Source: a virus
Virus record (IMG/VR): IMGVR_UViG_3300025137_005002
Coordinates: 1 to 64,000 of that record
Length of the DNA stretch: 64,000 nt
Strand: one strand, 5' to 3'
A program made the position numbers and the translations under genes. Below, piece after piece: positions 1-10,030 of this stretch. The first letter of the stretch is position 1; every line of letters starts with the position of its first letter. Below the pieces are notes generated by a model. That model was not told the origin of the DNA and did no database searches. It saw only the letters and a program-made list of their open reading frames with translations.

Positions 1-345
1 ATTTATAGAGATTGGGAAAAGTATTCAAACAACTTTATGAGAATTAATCCTAATGATGTTGCATACACAGACGAAGTATATGGAATGGCAATTAGACTGC
101 TAGGTTGGAAAGATAAAGTAAGACCACCCAAAAGTTTTAGTTTTGTACATATGAAAAGTAAATGCCAAGGCTTGTTAGACTATACTGTTAGCGACACAGA
201 CTGGACTGACTATTTAGATGGACAATATAATGAAGAAGGTATGTGGATTAATAACTATTATCAAACAAAGCCAGTACATTATTGCGTTAAGTCTTGGTGT
301 ACAGACGAATTAATTAACACATTAGAAAAGCAGGCAGGAGTATAA
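1..345 (+). CDS. Hypothetical protein, 5'-truncated by window edge (possibly glycosyltransferase-like)
   Basis: Frame is open from base 1 (IYRDWEKYSNNFMRIN...); stop overlaps next ATG (TAATG). Confidence 0.5.
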   Translation: MYRDWEKYSNNFMRINPNDVAYTDEVYGMAIRLLGWKDKVRPPKSFSFVHMKSKCQGLLDYTVSDTDWTDYLDGQYNEEGMWINNYYQTKPVHYCVKSWCTDELINTLEKQAGV

Positions 346-911
346 TGTCCGACGTAGATTTAGATCAATTGATGCGAGACGCCTTTGGCTCTGCTAAACA
401 AGACCAAGAAGAACAAAAGTTTTACTTATGGTATAATGCGTTTGGCAAAATCTTAGGATTTTCTTCTGCTATGCAAGAAGAATTCAAAGATGAGTTGTAT
501 GCTTTTATTAGTAAAGAAAAATTTATAGAATTGCAAGATGTTAATCTAAATAATTTTATAGTAGACAAAGATAAAGACCCAGTAGAGCTTGTAGATATTA
601 GTTCCGACGGTGCTAGACAAAACTCTAAACTACATAAAATAGATCCTACATTATGGAACGATGACAGACTTATAACTTTAGTATTCGATAAACAAACAAG
701 AAATCTTAGAATTAAAGTTAAAAATCAATTACCAACAAAAAGAAGAATGTGGATAGTACCAAAAGGAAACTATATGATACCACTAGCCGACATTGAATTA
801 TTTGCAGGTATAGACGAAGACTATCACATAAAAGAGTATAAAGATATAACAAGTTGTGAAGTAATAACAGAAGCAGACTTAAATATCTTTGTTGCTTACA
901 AGGAAATATAA
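345..911 (+). CDS. Hypothetical protein
   Basis: 188 aa ORF, GGAG RBS, translationally coupled to upstream gene. Confidence 0.6.
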   Translation: MSDVDLDQLMRDAFGSAKQDQEEQKFYLWYNAFGKILGFSSAMQEEFKDELYAFISKEKFIELQDVNLNNFIVDKDKDPVELVDISSDGARQNSKLHKIDPTLWNDDRLITLVFDKQTRNLRIKVKNQLPTKRRMWIVPKGNYMIPLADIELFAGIDEDYHIKEYKDITSCEVITEADLNIFVAYKEI

Positions 912-912
912 T

Positions 913-1851
913 ATGAAAAAAACTTATCCAATTACAGACTTTGATGTAGTTTATATTAGTTACGACGAACCAAACGCAGAAAAGAATTGGGCAGACTTAT
1001 TAAGTAAGTGCCCGTGGGCAAAACGTGTGCAAGGCGTTAAAGGATTTGATGCGGCTCATAACAAAGCAGGTGAAATTAGTGAAACACATAGACTAGTTAC
1101 AGTAGACGGAGACAATACAGTACGAGAAGACTTCTTTAAACAAACTATTGAAATAGATGAAGAAGAACAAAAAGATTATATTTTTAGTTGGTGTGGACAC
1201 AATGTAATTAATAGTTTAGCATATGGCAACGGTGGACTTAAACTATGGCCCAAACATATTATTGAAAACATGAACAGTCATGAGAATGACGTAAGTGAAA
1301 ATGGAGCCCACAGTGTTGACTTCTGTTGGATGCATACTTACTTTCAGATGGCTGACACATTTAGTGACGTTGTAGTTAACGCAACTCCTGAACAAGCCTA
1401 CAGAGCAGGCTTTCGTGAAGGTGTTAAGATGAGTTTAGATAGAGGTGTACTACCTCCACGCAATAAGTTCTTAACACAAAATCATGTTAAAAACTTACAA
1501 CGTTTAAGTGTATGGTGTAGCATTGGTGCTGATGTTGAAAACGGAGATTGGGCAATACTAGGAGCCAGAGAAGCAGTAACACTTGTAAATTTAGACGAGT
1601 GGGAACATAGCAGAATTGCAGACTACGAATTTATGCAACCTTTTGTAAAAGGTAAATTAAAAGAGTATGCAGACCCTGTTACTAGAAAGTTAGCAACAGT
1701 AAAGTTTGGCGAAAGATTAACAAACGATTTGCATTTTAGAGTTGCTGATTTAGATGCACAAGGTAGTGTATGGTTTAAAAGTGTTTACCAAAATCCAAAG
1801 AGATTTGGTGTAATGATAACAGAGCAAGAAGCAGATAAGAAGAAAAAATAA
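913..1851 (+). CDS. GT-A-like glycosyltransferase (paralog of 19915..20586)
   Basis: FDVVYISYDEPNA...GVKGFDAAH...VDGDN (DxD-like); ATG at 913 preferred over TTG 889. Confidence 0.55.
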   Translation: MKKTYPITDFDVVYISYDEPNAEKNWADLLSKCPWAKRVQGVKGFDAAHNKAGEISETHRLVTVDGDNTVREDFFKQTIEIDEEEQKDYIFSWCGHNVINSLAYGNGGLKLWPKHIIENMNSHENDVSENGAHSVDFCWMHTYFQMADTFSDVVVNATPEQAYRAGFREGVKMSLDRGVLPPRNKFLTQNHVKNLQRLSVWCSIGADVENGDWAILGAREAVTLVNLDEWEHSRIADYEFMQPFVKGKLKEYADPVTRKLATVKFGERLTNDLHFRVADLDAQGSVWFKSVYQNPKRFGVMITEQEADKKKK

Positions 1852-2027
1852 TGGATAAAGATTTAGAAAAAGAATTAGAGATTATAAATTTAAAACTTAA
1901 AAATATCGAAACAAATCAAAAATTGTTGTTAGAGAAACTCGGTAAGCATATTGATTTTATTGATGAAACTTATGAAGGTTTGAGGAATCCTATACAAACG
2001 GCTAAAAGGTTTTTAGGTAGAAAGTAA
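1851..2027 (+). CDS. Small coiled-coil hypothetical protein (58 aa, not in ORF track)
   Basis: MDKDLEKELEIINLKLKNIE...; TAATG overlaps at both ends. Confidence 0.55.
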   Translation: MDKDLEKELEIINLKLKNIETNQKLLLEKLGKHIDFIDETYEGLRNPIQTAKRFLGRK

Positions 2028-2497
2028 TGAAACTAATTGCACATAGAGGAAATACAACAGGACCAAATACTGAAAGAGAAAACAATCCTGAGTACTTGAT
2101 TCATGCAGTTGATAAAGGATACGACTGCGAAGTTGATGTGTGGGTAGTAAATACAATTAACAATATTCAAGAAGTTTGGCTAGGGCATGATGAGCCAACA
2201 TATCAAGTAACAAAACAATTTATAAGCAATCCGGCTTTTTGGAATCATGCAAAAAATTTAGAAGCATTACATTTTATGGTAGATAACAATATACATTGTT
2301 TCTGGCACGAAGGCGATGAACGAACATTAACAAGTAAAGGATACATTTGGACATATCCTTATAAACAAGTGACGAACAAAAGTGTAATTTGTTTGCAAAA
2401 AGAGGATGACACTGTCCCTAAGAACTGTTATGGTGTATGCTCGGACTGGGTTAGCAATTATGAAAATTCGTTTTTATCAAAACCTAAATGGAGTTAG
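2027..2497 (+). CDS. Short glycerophosphodiester phosphodiesterase / PLC-like protein
   Basis: IAHRG...EN...GYDCEVDVW...LGHD motifs of the GDPD fold. Confidence 0.7.
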   Translation: MKLIAHRGNTTGPNTERENNPEYLIHAVDKGYDCEVDVWVVNTINNIQEVWLGHDEPTYQVTKQFISNPAFWNHAKNLEALHFMVDNNIHCFWHEGDERTLTSKGYIWTYPYKQVTNKSVICLQKEDDTVPKNCYGVCSDWVSNYENSFLSKPKWS

Positions 2498-2708
2498 ATG
2501 GGTAGGCTTTGTTCTAGCCATGCTGAGTGCATTTTTATTATCAGGTGGTGACCCAAATGTACAATGGATGGGCTGGGGAATAGCCTGTATTAGTTGTAGT
2601 ATTTGGTTATATATGGGATATAGAGATCAAGATATTCCTAGAGCATTAATGGAACTTATGTATCTAGTATTAGCAATACGTGGAGTTTGGAACTGGGTAG
2701 GATTTTAA
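2460..2708 (+). CDS. Small membrane protein (about 3 TM)
   Basis: Hydrophobic Trp-rich helices; ATG at 2460. Confidence 0.55.
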   Translation: MKIRFYQNLNGVRWVGFVLAMLSAFLLSGGDPNVQWMGWGIACISCSIWLYMGYRDQDIPRALMELMYLVLAIRGVWNWVGF

Positions 2709-2709
2709 T

Positions 2710-3447
2710 ATGAAAATAGCAATTTGTTTAAGCGGACAATTAAGACAAAGTTGGCGTAAGTGTTTACCAACTTGGAATAAAATATTTAGTGAACACGAAG
2801 TACATTACTTTGGACATACATGGACAACAAGAAGTGCTCCTAACTTTGTTAAAGTAACAAAAGGTATTGATGACATTGAAACTATTGATAGGAATGAGAT
2901 ACAAGAACTTCGTAGAGAACTTAATGGTATGGAATTAATTGTACAAGAACAAATACAATTTAAGGCTGGACTTAATCAAGCACTACATGATGTAAACTAT
3001 CAAAGTCAGTTCTATGGTGTAATGGTTGCTTCACACTTAAAGAAGAAATACGAAATAGAAAACAATAGTAACTTTGACCTAGTTGTTAGATTACGTTGGG
3101 ACACTATGTTTGACGAAGATTGGCAAGTGCCTGAACCTAAAAAAGATACGTTACAAGTTATACATTTAGGATTTGAAGAAGGCAATCATAGAAGTAGATG
3201 TGGAGATTTATATTGGCAAGGACCTACAGATGTATATGATATTGCTTGTGATTTTTACAGTCATTTTCATAGACATCCTATAGAGTTTTTTGAAATGCCA
3301 GAGAAGTTACACTACGGACCAGAACACGTTTTTATGTATTATTTAAAAGAATGTAATTTAAATTTAGAACAAATATTTCCACCAATTAAATTAGTAAGAC
3401 CAAAAGCAGAACATATGACAGGAGGAGGTGATTATGAAACTCTCTAA
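2710..3447 (+). CDS. Putative glycosyltransferase-like protein (KIAICxSGxxR family)
   Basis: MKIAICLSGQLR...HTW...FDLVVRLRWD; tandem paralog of next gene. Confidence 0.5.
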   Translation: MKIAICLSGQLRQSWRKCLPTWNKIFSEHEVHYFGHTWTTRSAPNFVKVTKGIDDIETIDRNEIQELRRELNGMELIVQEQIQFKAGLNQALHDVNYQSQFYGVMVASHLKKKYEIENNSNFDLVVRLRWDTMFDEDWQVPEPKKDTLQVIHLGFEEGNHRSRCGDLYWQGPTDVYDIACDFYSHFHRHPIEFFEMPEKLHYGPEHVFMYYLKECNLNLEQIFPPIKLVRPKAEHMTGGGDYETL

Positions 3448-4186
3448 TAATATTGCAATATGTTTTAGTGGAGAACTTAGAACTTTCAAAGTTGCTATGC
3501 CACGTTTAATGGATTACTTTAGAGACACACCTGCAGACATTTATTGTCATACATGGACAACATCAGGTGATAAGTTACATAAACTAAATGACTATAAACT
3601 ATTAGAAGACATTATTGATAATAGTGTTCATCATTTAGTTAAATTAGATTATCAAACATCTATTAATCATTCAGGCCCATTTGGTAATATGCTTTACAGT
3701 ATACAAAAAGCAAACTTTATGAAACGTGAATTTGAAGTAAAGAACAATTTTAGATATGACAAAGTTATTAAATGTAGATATGATATGTTAACACCTGATG
3801 GAAAAACATTTGGTATTAGAGATATAGAAGACAGAACAATTTACTATAGTATTGGTAATAGAGGATTAGTGCCTAATGACTTTGGTAAGCACGGATTAAG
3901 TGATATTATATTTTGGGGAGATAGTCCTAGTATGGATATTGCTTGTGATACATATCGTTATTATAATTGGGAAACTTATCCATTAGCACTAAAACTGCAA
4001 GGCGGTTATACTACAGATCCAGGAGATAGTATGTTAAGTCCTGGAACATTAATATACCAACAAGCACAAAAAAGAAATATTAAAATGACGCAAATTGTTC
4101 CACAGTTAATGGAAACACTTTGGAGAACTAGTGTAGAAGATTTAGATCCAAGCACACAATTTAACGACATAAAGGCGGCGTATTAA
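3434..4186 (+). CDS. Putative glycosyltransferase-like protein (IAICxSGxxR family)
   Basis: IAICFSGELR...HTW...YDKVIKCRYD; strong GGAGGAGG RBS. Confidence 0.5.
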   Translation: MKLSNNIAICFSGELRTFKVAMPRLMDYFRDTPADIYCHTWTTSGDKLHKLNDYKLLEDIIDNSVHHLVKLDYQTSINHSGPFGNMLYSIQKANFMKREFEVKNNFRYDKVIKCRYDMLTPDGKTFGIRDIEDRTIYYSIGNRGLVPNDFGKHGLSDIIFWGDSPSMDIACDTYRYYNWETYPLALKLQGGYTTDPGDSMLSPGTLIYQQAQKRNIKMTQIVPQLMETLWRTSVEDLDPSTQFNDIKAAY

Positions 4187-5058
4187 TGCACTTAATGGTA
4201 ACAGGAGATAGTTGGACTTTCGGAAGTGAGATTAAAGATCCTGCTTTACCGGATACAGTAAGTGATTGGGATCCAGAGAATAACGAATATCGTATTCCTA
4301 AAATATGGCCCACGATGTTGAAAGATATGATTAAGGCAGATGACCTTACTAACATATCTTATCCAGCCGCAAGTAATGATAGAATTGTAAGAACAACATT
4401 AAGTTGGATTACTGAAAACTATATTAAGCCTGGTATAGACTGTGAGAACAATTTGTTTGTCATAGTTGGCTTAACAAGTCCTGAACGTAAGGACTTTTAC
4501 TATAAGGATCCTGTAGACGAACGCAACGGCGCTGGCTGGACTACTATATGGCCCAATCAAACTAACCATCCGTATATGCAAAGAGGTATGCAACCCTTCT
4601 TTGATAACTACAGAATGTACTTATGGAATAAAGAAGAGTATGTTAATCGATATGTACAACAAGTAATTACATTAGAAAATTTCTTTAAAGTGCATAAGAT
4701 TAACTACTTGTTCTTTCAAGCATTTTATAATGTAGATGAAACACAAATATCACAGTGGCAAGATAAAAACTATGTTAACAGTGAAACAGAAAAGATGACT
4801 GTAGGTAATGCTGACCCGCGTTGGAACTTTCATTACAATGGACAAAACGACGGATGGCTATGGGATCAAGTAGACAGTAAAAGATTTTATGGTAAAGAAC
4901 AAGCACCACATAGTTTCCATAGTTACATTACTAATCAAGACAAAACAGAACATAACACAGAAGTTATTACAGGTATGCACCCAAACAAATATGGACATAT
5001 GTTATGGGCAAGAGAACTAAACAAATTTATTAGAGAAAATAAACTATGCGAAATTTAA
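4186..5058 (+). CDS. SGNH/GDSL-like hydrolase/acyltransferase 1
   Basis: GDSWT block I, ASNDRI block II, C-terminal HPNKYGH. Confidence 0.65.
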   Translation: MHLMVTGDSWTFGSEIKDPALPDTVSDWDPENNEYRIPKIWPTMLKDMIKADDLTNISYPAASNDRIVRTTLSWITENYIKPGIDCENNLFVIVGLTSPERKDFYYKDPVDERNGAGWTTIWPNQTNHPYMQRGMQPFFDNYRMYLWNKEEYVNRYVQQVITLENFFKVHKINYLFFQAFYNVDETQISQWQDKNYVNSETEKMTVGNADPRWNFHYNGQNDGWLWDQVDSKRFYGKEQAPHSFHSYITNQDKTEHNTEVITGMHPNKYGHMLWARELNKFIRENKLCEI

Positions 5059-5834
5059 TTATAACGTGTGGAGATAGTTTTAGTAACGGCAGTGGATTAC
5101 CTGACTATGATTGTTTTGAAAAAAGTTTCGGTGGACTAACTGCTGAATATAAAAACGTAGAACAAAAAGTATTAGGTAGATCAGGATGTTGTAACTTTAC
5201 TATTTGGTTACAAGTTAAACACGCAGTTGAAAGAATGACAGTAGGCAACTACAAACCTTTTGTTCTTATTAGTATGACAAATGCGGCAAGAGTAGTTTGG
5301 TTCAAACCTGGACAAGATAAACCAATGGGAACAGAACCTACAATACAACATTTAAATTATGAAGACTATCCACCTTATAACAAATATACACCAGCAGAGC
5401 ACAGAAGACCTATTCCTATTACAACTGATAATAGTATGCAAAGTGAAACACTACAAAACTTAGATAGTTACTTTGATAGAGATGTTAAGGCTCGTTGGGC
5501 ACAGTTTGACAGACACGAACCAGAAGCACGTTTAAGAGTATTACAGAATTGGGTAGCAGACTTTTTCTCATTTGATATTAAGAATGAGTATGACACTGGT
5601 ATATTAACGGCGGCACACTTGCTAATGAAAACAAATAATATACCACACGTTTTTATGGGACACCAGCCAGACTTCGAAAGACTGCTACCTAAAGTAAATT
5701 ACGCAAATATTGATTGGGGTTATTACAGTAGAGAGTATCCGGATACAAGAAACACAGGACATTGTAATTACGAAGGACATAAACAAGTGTTTGAAATTCT
5801 TAAACCAAAAGTAGACGAGCAATGGCATCTTTAG
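5046..5834 (+). CDS. SGNH/GDSL-like protein 2
   Basis: GDSFS, GCCNFTI, C-terminal GHCNYEGH. Confidence 0.6.
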   Translation: MRNLIITCGDSFSNGSGLPDYDCFEKSFGGLTAEYKNVEQKVLGRSGCCNFTIWLQVKHAVERMTVGNYKPFVLISMTNAARVVWFKPGQDKPMGTEPTIQHLNYEDYPPYNKYTPAEHRRPIPITTDNSMQSETLQNLDSYFDRDVKARWAQFDRHEPEARLRVLQNWVADFFSFDIKNEYDTGILTAAHLLMKTNNIPHVFMGHQPDFERLLPKVNYANIDWGYYSREYPDTRNTGHCNYEGHKQVFEILKPKVDEQWHL

Positions 5835-6583
5835 TATATAAAGCAGATTATCCACAACTAGTAGAACCATCAGTTGCCGCGTCAACTTTAAAATGGCATG
5901 GCAGTGATAAAGAAGAATTTTACAAAAAGAATAGTAAGTTCTTTTCTAACTGGCGTTGGAAAGATATAAACATTGAATACAAGTTTAACTGGTTAGGATA
6001 TCGTACAAAGGAAATACCAGAACTGGACAAAGACTTTTTACTAACATTTGGTTGTAGTTTTACAGAAGGAATTGGAATACCTAATTTTATGACATGGCCC
6101 AATAAACTTGCAGGCTTATTAAACTTAGATGTTTATAATGCAGGTAAAGGTGGATCTGGTTTAGACATTTGTTATTACAATGCATTACTTTGGAAACAAA
6201 ATAAATTACCTTTACCAAAACAAGTTGTAATACAATTACCCGAGCCAGAAAGAAAAAGTTGGGGAACATATGTTAACAATGATATTAGTTTAGATGTTAG
6301 CAATGGCAAAGAAGATGATTGGTGGAAACATTATATAACTTCCGATGGCGAAATGCATATGAATAATATTGCGTGGTATCTAGGGTTTAATAATGTATGG
6401 CAATCGCTAGGCGTACCTGTTTTAAATATTACATGGTCACCTTATAAACATTTAGAAAATTTAGAATTTAAATTGCATTACGCAAACGTAAAAAACGATT
6501 CAACTTTACTAGCAAGAGATAATATGCATAGTGGTCCAGAGTGGCATATAAATATTGCTAATAGATGTAAGGAACTATTATGA
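5822..6583 (+). CDS. SGNH/GDSL-like protein 3
   Basis: NWLGYR, FGCSFTEG, NAGKGGSG, ARDNMHSG (DxxH). Confidence 0.65.
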   Translation: MASLVYKADYPQLVEPSVAASTLKWHGSDKEEFYKKNSKFFSNWRWKDINIEYKFNWLGYRTKEIPELDKDFLLTFGCSFTEGIGIPNFMTWPNKLAGLLNLDVYNAGKGGSGLDICYYNALLWKQNKLPLPKQVVIQLPEPERKSWGTYVNNDISLDVSNGKEDDWWKHYITSDGEMHMNNIAWYLGFNNVWQSLGVPVLNITWSPYKHLENLEFKLHYANVKNDSTLLARDNMHSGPEWHINIANRCKELL

Positions 6584-7317
6584 TAAAAACTTTGTATGCT
6601 AATGGAGATAGTTGGACATTCGGACAAGAACTTCGAGATGGCACCACTGACGATTTAGATTATAAATTTTATAACTCATGGCCCTGGCACGTTGCTCAAG
6701 GTTTGAATATACCTCAAGTAGTTAATGAAGGATTAGGTGGCGGAAGTAACGATAGAATATTTCGTAAAACTATAGACTACATTAGAAATTACAAAGGTAA
6801 ACCAAGTGAACTACAAGTAATAGTTGCTTGGACAACATATGAAAGAATTGAGATGCCTGTTGGTGTTAAGAGAAAACACGACAATGGCTACACAGAATGG
6901 GAAGAAGTTAACAATGAGTATATTAGTATACTGTTAAACAACCCACATTTAAATTTAACAAATGATGAAGACTTAGATAGATTACTGCCAGAATATCATA
7001 AGATTCGTACTATGCTGAACAGTAGTAAGGTAAATAGTTATAAGTTCTTTAACTTACAATGGTTGTTAAAACAAGTATGTGATAACTTAAACGTTAACTT
7101 ATTACAGATATATGCGTTAGACAATCCCGAATTTGTAGTAGGTAGACCCGAAGCAAATCAAGAATGGCTGGATGCAATATCCCCATACCCAGTTAGTTTA
7201 ACTAGACAACTAATGGAATACGAACACCTTAAACCCGTAAGGGCTCCCGGAAGACACCCTAATGAATTAGGACACAAAGAATTAGCAAAAACTATTGTTG
7301 CTCACTTGCAACAGTAA
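6580..7317 (+). CDS. SGNH/GDSL-like protein 4
   Basis: YANGDSWTFG, GGSNDRI, HPNELGH. Confidence 0.65.
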   Translation: MIKTLYANGDSWTFGQELRDGTTDDLDYKFYNSWPWHVAQGLNIPQVVNEGLGGGSNDRIFRKTIDYIRNYKGKPSELQVIVAWTTYERIEMPVGVKRKHDNGYTEWEEVNNEYISILLNNPHLNLTNDEDLDRLLPEYHKIRTMLNSSKVNSYKFFNLQWLLKQVCDNLNVNLLQIYALDNPEFVVGRPEANQEWLDAISPYPVSLTRQLMEYEHLKPVRAPGRHPNELGHKELAKTIVAHLQQ

Positions 7318-7336
7318 ACAATATGGAACTCATAAA

Positions 7337-7459
7337 ATGTATATACTAAAAAAAATTAAACGTTGGTTTGGTGACATAGTTTATCGAATTAAACTTGAAC
7401 GTGCTTATCGTAAAAAACTAAAAGAGATTAAGAAAAAAGATCCGTACATATACAAGTAG
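7337..7459 (+). CDS. Small basic peptide (40 aa, not in ORF track)
   Basis: MYILKKIKRWFGDIVYRIKLERAYRKKLKEIKKKDPYIYK fills the gap between two operonic genes. Confidence 0.5.
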   Translation: MYILKKIKRWFGDIVYRIKLERAYRKKLKEIKKKDPYIYK

Positions 7460-7466
7460 GCAAGTA

Positions 7467-8192
7467 ATGAATATTATAATCGGAATGGCAGGAGCCGGCA
7501 GTAGATTTACAGAAGCCGGATACAACACAGTACCTAAACCTTTAGTAAGGGTTGGAGGCACAACAATGATTCAATCAGCAGTAGAGAGTTTGGACATTGA
7601 TGGAAAATATACCTTTGTTGTACGACAAGATCATATGACCGATTATCCTTGGCTCGAGCATCATTTAAAAAGTTTCGCAGACACTGTTAACATTGTTACA
7701 CTTGACCATGTTACAGAAGGAGCCGCTTGTAGTTTATTACAAGCAAAAGAATTTATAAACAACGACGAACCATTGATTAGTATCAATAGTGACCAAGTGT
7801 TACATTGGGATAGTTCAATGTTCTTAGAAAAATGCAAACTCGAGCCCCACGTGAGTTGGGTAATGACCTACCCGCATAATCATAACAAACATAGTTTTGT
7901 TAAGGTTAACGACGAAGGGCAAATAACACAAGCGGCAGAGAAAGTTATGATTAGTAACAAGGCTACTGTTGGCTTATATCATTGGAGTAAAGGAAGTTTG
8001 TTTGTTGAAGGTGCAGAACAAATGATTGCAAATAACGATAGACATAATAACGAATTCTATCTAGCACCAATTTATAATTATACAATTAAAAATAATATTG
8101 TTAAACCATATGAAGTACACGCAAGAAATTTTAGCCCTGTTGGTACTCCAGAAGATTTATCTAACTATCACAACAAGTGGTGGCGTGGATGA
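7467..8192 (+). CDS. Sugar-phosphate nucleotidyltransferase (NTP_transferase family)
   Basis: MAGAGSRF...PKPL, TEGAAC, NSDQ, AEK, NNEFY, GTPEDL. Confidence 0.85.
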   Translation: MNIIIGMAGAGSRFTEAGYNTVPKPLVRVGGTTMIQSAVESLDIDGKYTFVVRQDHMTDYPWLEHHLKSFADTVNIVTLDHVTEGAACSLLQAKEFINNDEPLISINSDQVLHWDSSMFLEKCKLEPHVSWVMTYPHNHNKHSFVKVNDEGQITQAAEKVMISNKATVGLYHWSKGSLFVEGAEQMIANNDRHNNEFYLAPIYNYTIKNNIVKPYEVHARNFSPVGTPEDLSNYHNKWWRG

Positions 8193-8884
8193 TTAAATGC
8201 TTGTATGCAAACGGTGACAGTTGGACTGAAGGAGATGAATTAGGTTTACCTTACAGTGACAATACACCAACATACAGACTTAGAAACAGTTGGCCCAAAC
8301 TACTTGCAGATAAGTTGACTATACCTGCGGTTGTAAACGAAGCAATTAGAGGAAGTAGTGGAAGTAGAATAGCAAGGCGTACAATACGTTTCATGCGTGA
8401 GTGGTGCAATAAACGACATGGTGCAGAGTTACTTGTTGTTGTTTGTTGGACTACATTTGAACGTGATGAGTTGCCAGTGGATTGGAACGGAGCAAAGTAT
8501 ATTCCTTACCACAATGTATGTTATAATATTCCTGGACATATACCAGGAGACGATAAAAAGAATTTAGACCCTATGTTAGTTGAAACAATTAATAAGATGC
8601 ATAAACCTTATACAACAACACTAGGAACAGAAAGTAGAAAACAAATGCAGTTTGAACGTATGTGGAACCTACAACAGATTGCAAAAAGTTTAAACGTAAA
8701 ATTAATTCAAACGTTTGCACTTGATCAACCAGACAGTGAATGGCTTAAAGATGTTAATTATATTACACCAAGTTTTATTGACATGACAAAGAGTCAAGGC
8801 TGGGCTTGTGGAGAAGGCGGACACACATTAGAAGAAGGGCACAAAGGATGGGCAAACTATCTGTATCAAACGATAAGTGGCTAG
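8189..8884 (+). CDS. SGNH/GDSL-like protein 5
   Basis: YANGDSWTEG, GSSGSRI, GHTLEEGH; paralog of 6580..7317. Confidence 0.65.
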   Translation: MIKCLYANGDSWTEGDELGLPYSDNTPTYRLRNSWPKLLADKLTIPAVVNEAIRGSSGSRIARRTIRFMREWCNKRHGAELLVVVCWTTFERDELPVDWNGAKYIPYHNVCYNIPGHIPGDDKKNLDPMLVETINKMHKPYTTTLGTESRKQMQFERMWNLQQIAKSLNVKLIQTFALDQPDSEWLKDVNYITPSFIDMTKSQGWACGEGGHTLEEGHKGWANYLYQTISG

Positions 8885-9132
8885 GCTGGGATCACCCTAT
8901 TGCCGTTGTTGCCGTTAATGGACGAAGTATTCTGCAGAGAACACTTGAAGTAGGAAACTACGAAACAGTAATCTTAGATAAAGAATTAATTCAGTTCTAT
9001 CCAGAGTTAATTGAAATGTGTAAAGTTTATGTTAACGATGTTAAGTTTATGGATGTACATGATCCGGATATGCTTGTTGTTAACACAGAAAAAGAATTAT
9101 ATGAATATAACATTGTAGAGGAACACAAATAA
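8848..9132 (+). CDS. Hypothetical protein
   Basis: ORF coupled to the next gene; start uncertain. Confidence 0.45.
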   Translation: MGKLSVSNDKWLGWDHPIAVVAVNGRSILQRTLEVGNYETVILDKELIQFYPELIEMCKVYVNDVKFMDVHDPDMLVVNTEKELYEYNIVEEHK

Positions 9133-9686
9133 TGATTGCATTAATTATTGCATTACCTGAAGAAGCAGAAGGTATAGACTTTAACAGAACTTACATAAGT
9201 GGAGTTGGAAAAGTTAATTCAATGATTGCTACATTTAAAGCAATTCGAGATGGAGCAACAGGAATACTTAATTATGGATCAGCAGGTTTAGTTAGTAAAA
9301 AAGATTTACACAATCAACTAATACAACCTGATATACTAATACAACGTGATATGTTTACAGAGCCACAAGCACCTAGAGGCGTTACTCCATTTGAAGAAGG
9401 AGATTATGCAGGTGCTATTGACTTAGGTACAGGTACAAACGTTACACTAGGATCCGGAGATAGTTTTGTACAAGAACCTGATCCGTGGTTTGAATATGCT
9501 AGTGTAGATATAGTAGACATGGAAGCCTACGGTATTGCCAAAACTTGTAGGAAGGTTGGCAATGTAACTTTCAAATGTTTTAAATGGGTAAGTGACTTTG
9601 CAGATGAAAATGCAATGGAACATTGGCGTAAGAATTTAGCAAACGGAAATAGTGCAATGAACGAAATAATGAAAGGCTATAAGTGA
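9132..9686 (+). CDS. mtnN: MTA/SAH (5'-deoxyadenosine) nucleosidase-like, PNP_UDP_1 family
   Basis: ALPEE, SGVGKVNS, NYGSAG, SGDSF, VDMEAYGIA, KWVSDFAD. Confidence 0.8.
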   Translation: MIALIIALPEEAEGIDFNRTYISGVGKVNSMIATFKAIRDGATGILNYGSAGLVSKKDLHNQLIQPDILIQRDMFTEPQAPRGVTPFEEGDYAGAIDLGTGTNVTLGSGDSFVQEPDPWFEYASVDIVDMEAYGIAKTCRKVGNVTFKCFKWVSDFADENAMEHWRKNLANGNSAMNEIMKGYK

Positions 9687-10012
9687 AAAAATATAAACTA
9701 GATGATATGAAAGGTGGTTGGTTTGTAGGAAACTTTGAGCCTACAGCCTTTAAGGCAAACTTTGAAGTTGGTATCCACCGACATAAGAAAGGTGAATTCC
9801 ATCAGGATCACTTTCATAAAAAAGGTACAGAGATTAACTGTATGAGAAAAGGCAAAGTAAAAATAAACGGAGAAGTGTTTAGTGAAGGAGATATTTTCAT
9901 ATTATATCCTTACGAAGTTAGTCAAGTTGAATACTTAACCGATGTAGAATTAACAGTGGTTAGAGATATTTGTGACACAGATGACAAATATATGTTTGAC
10001 ATTAAACAATAA
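9683..10012 (+). CDS. Cupin-fold protein
   Basis: GWFVGNFEP; HFH...E cupin motif 1; GDIFIL.P motif 2. Confidence 0.7.
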   Translation: MKKYKLDDMKGGWFVGNFEPTAFKANFEVGIHRHKKGEFHQDHFHKKGTEINCMRKGKVKINGEVFSEGDIFILYPYEVSQVEYLTDVELTVVRDICDTDDKYMFDIKQ

Positions 10013-10030
10013 AGAAGGTACAATACAATT

